NCBI RefSeq assembly: GCF_048593235.1
Contig: NC_133620.1
Coordinates: 61,630,852 to 61,694,851 of the forward strand
DNA: 64,000 nt
Source: Sminthopsis crassicaudata
Taxonomy: Eukaryota
Direction: 5' to 3'
Shown: in pieces, positions 61,794 through 64,000 of the stretch
Layout of the letters: every line of letters starts with the position of its first letter
How positions within the stretch are numbered: the stretch's first letter is position 1
The notes under the pieces: model-generated
Database searches by the model: none
Told to the model about the DNA's origin: nothing
The model's input: only the letters and a program-made list of their open reading frames with translations
Position numbers and translations under genes: made by a program

Positions 61794-64000
61794 AAGATGG
61801 CAGAGGGGGGTGGTCCTCTGCCCCATTCTGGGCCATAAGCAGCCAGCATCTGGGCCAAGAGCCAGTTCTTGGATTCACAAAATGCCACATCACTAGACAG
61901 GAAGACATTCCCAAGATGTTGCCAAACTAGAGGATTAACAAAGTACAGGAAAATACTCAAGGCTCTTCCCTTCCCTTCCCCCACTTCACACCTCAGAAAA
62001 TAATTAAGCAAAACAGCTTTCTGATTCAGGGATCAACAGCTTTGGTTTGTTAATTTTTTTAAGAAAAATTTTTTAAGAAATTCCAGGATAAACTGTCATT
62101 TAGTTACCAACCATGGTTTCAACTCTGTGAATTGGTCCAGGTGACTAACCTTGGTGGCTGTAATGTCCCAGCTCCAATAAGCACAGCATTCAGACCTCTG
62201 TCATCTGGATCAGTTGCAGGAGAGGAGGAGGAGGTGGTAAGAACAGGCCCTTGCTCCTCTACCTCCCCTGCCAGTTAATACTGTTTCCACAGTCAAAGGA
62301 AAAGAATAGTTCTGGTGGTCCTTATTACTCTCAAGTTTTTTTTCAACAGAATGTGATTGGGGGCTTTCTGTTTGCCCCATCCAGGCAACTGGCTTCTTGT
62401 CTGATTGCTTCATGTAGGCAACCCTCTTGCAGTAGTATTCTAGTAGGCAATACAACTGTAAGCACCCGTAAGATACCAAAAGTTAAGCTAGTAACTATGA
62501 GATTTGCATTATTTAATGCTGCATTGGGGAATTAGGTGTGTGGTGAGGGAGACAGGGAGGAGTGGGGAAACTGTGGGTGTCTGCAAATGTGGACTGGCAC
62601 AGGACCACATTGCAGCTTCTTGACGGGGAGGCCACATCTCTAAGCATTTAAGCAGTGGCTCTGGCCCAGATGGATTAATGAGCTGAAGGCTGACCACCAA
62701 AGTCTTGTCAAGCCTCTTTGGCTCTTGGTCTTATATAACAGCAATATTGTACATCAGAAATATCACTTCCCAGTGGAAATGATTCTGGGTCGTGTTTTTA
62801 AATCCATATATCTTCATGTTTGATAAATTTTATATGAAGTTTTAAATGAATTTTTTGTTACAACAACATTGTGGTTCAGGAAATATAAAGCTATTATTCC
62901 TATTGCAACCATAATTCACCTCCCTCCTACAAATATAATAGCTTATATTTCCTGCTCATTTGAAGAACCTCACTAATTCCTATGTCTCCAGTCTGCCAAT
63001 TCACAAAAACCCTCAGCAAATTAGTATTCATTTGAGAATATTGCTTTTTAAAAGTACGCAACAGGGCACTTACCACAGAGCATCATCATGAGCACCCAGA
63101 ATGAACCCCCATTTGTTGCAACAAATGAACAGAGGATCAGTTTGGATCATGTTTGTTCTCTTGGTCATTTTCAAGATTTAGCACTATTCACTGGGTCTCT
63201 GGCACTTTTAGGTATTAATGAGGTTCTCTCAAGTTGAAAATCATGGAGAGGAGTAACCAGTCCCGCATATACCTTGCCCTGAAGGGGGAAAGGGAAGAAT
63301 AGGGCTTGTGCTTATAGTAGGATTTTTTTGAGTACTAAGACATGCAGGTAAGTAGTAGGAAACTACTTTCAGACACAAGTGCAAATAGAAAAATCTCTGT
63401 CCTCCCTCATTGTTGAAATGATTACTGGCTTTTTGATGAGTTTTACTTTGAAGTATTTAAAATCTGCAGTGGCTTAAGAGATTGCTTTGGTGCAGAGGTA
63501 CGTGAAAATGAAAAAATAACTTACTGGGTATTAGTCATATTAGTGATGGTGAACTTACTGTGAGCACACTGGTCATTTCCTCCTTCCCCTCCAAGAATAT
63601 TTTGTGATTGATGGGAAGGTAGGCAAAGAAGAAGATTTTTCTGAAAACAAGAAGTTGGAGTGCAAGGGTGGCTATTAAAAAGCAAATTAAGTTTGTTATT
63701 GAATTATGAGTGCCCTACTGTATTCCTTCCTCCAAAAGAAGTCTTTGAATTTTTTGGAGGGGCTCAGGAAGACACAGTTTCTTTAAGTGGTATAATGCTT
63801 TTGTGTAATGAGAACCTACCTATAAAAGGGAGAACTTGCTTCATAGATTGCTCAGGAGCAGGTTGTTCCTTTCCAGGAGCTGCATTTTGTTTTTAGAACC
63901 ACCTCACTGGCAGCAACATAATATGATGAGACTTGTTTTCAGTGGCTTTCTGAGGACTATCAGTGTTCCATGGCCAAGAGTTCAAGTTAGACCAGGATCT

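Overview
AT-rich, CpG-depleted mammalian genomic DNA. The repeats (CORE-type tRNA-derived SINEs, RTE LINE and RTE-tailed SINEs, OC1-type hAT MITEs) point to a marsupial, probably a dasyurid (inference). The window carries the DARS2 - GAS5 - ZBTB37 block. Contents: (1) a bidirectional CpG promoter at about 4.4-6.4 kb, whose divergent partner is CENPL by synteny only; (2) complete 17-exon DARS2 (+, 668 aa); (3) an intact, spliced SOUL/HEBP2-like heme-binding-family gene (+, 197 aa) between DARS2 and GAS5, where human has no protein-coding gene; (4) a 12-exon GAS5 snoRNA host gene (-) with a C/D snoRNA in all 11 introns, including two SNORD47 copies; (5) complete ZBTB37 CDS (+, 503 aa). Top leads are the SOUL-like gene (with a possible amphipathic alternative C-terminus and a possible link to human GAS5-AS1), the second SNORD47, and a conserved accessory rRNA-pairing element in SNORD47. 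Exon structures were traced by hand from splice signals and frame continuity. Comparisons to human or E. coli sequences are from recalled reference knowledge, not from searches run here. Repeat boundaries are approximate unless a TSD is given.
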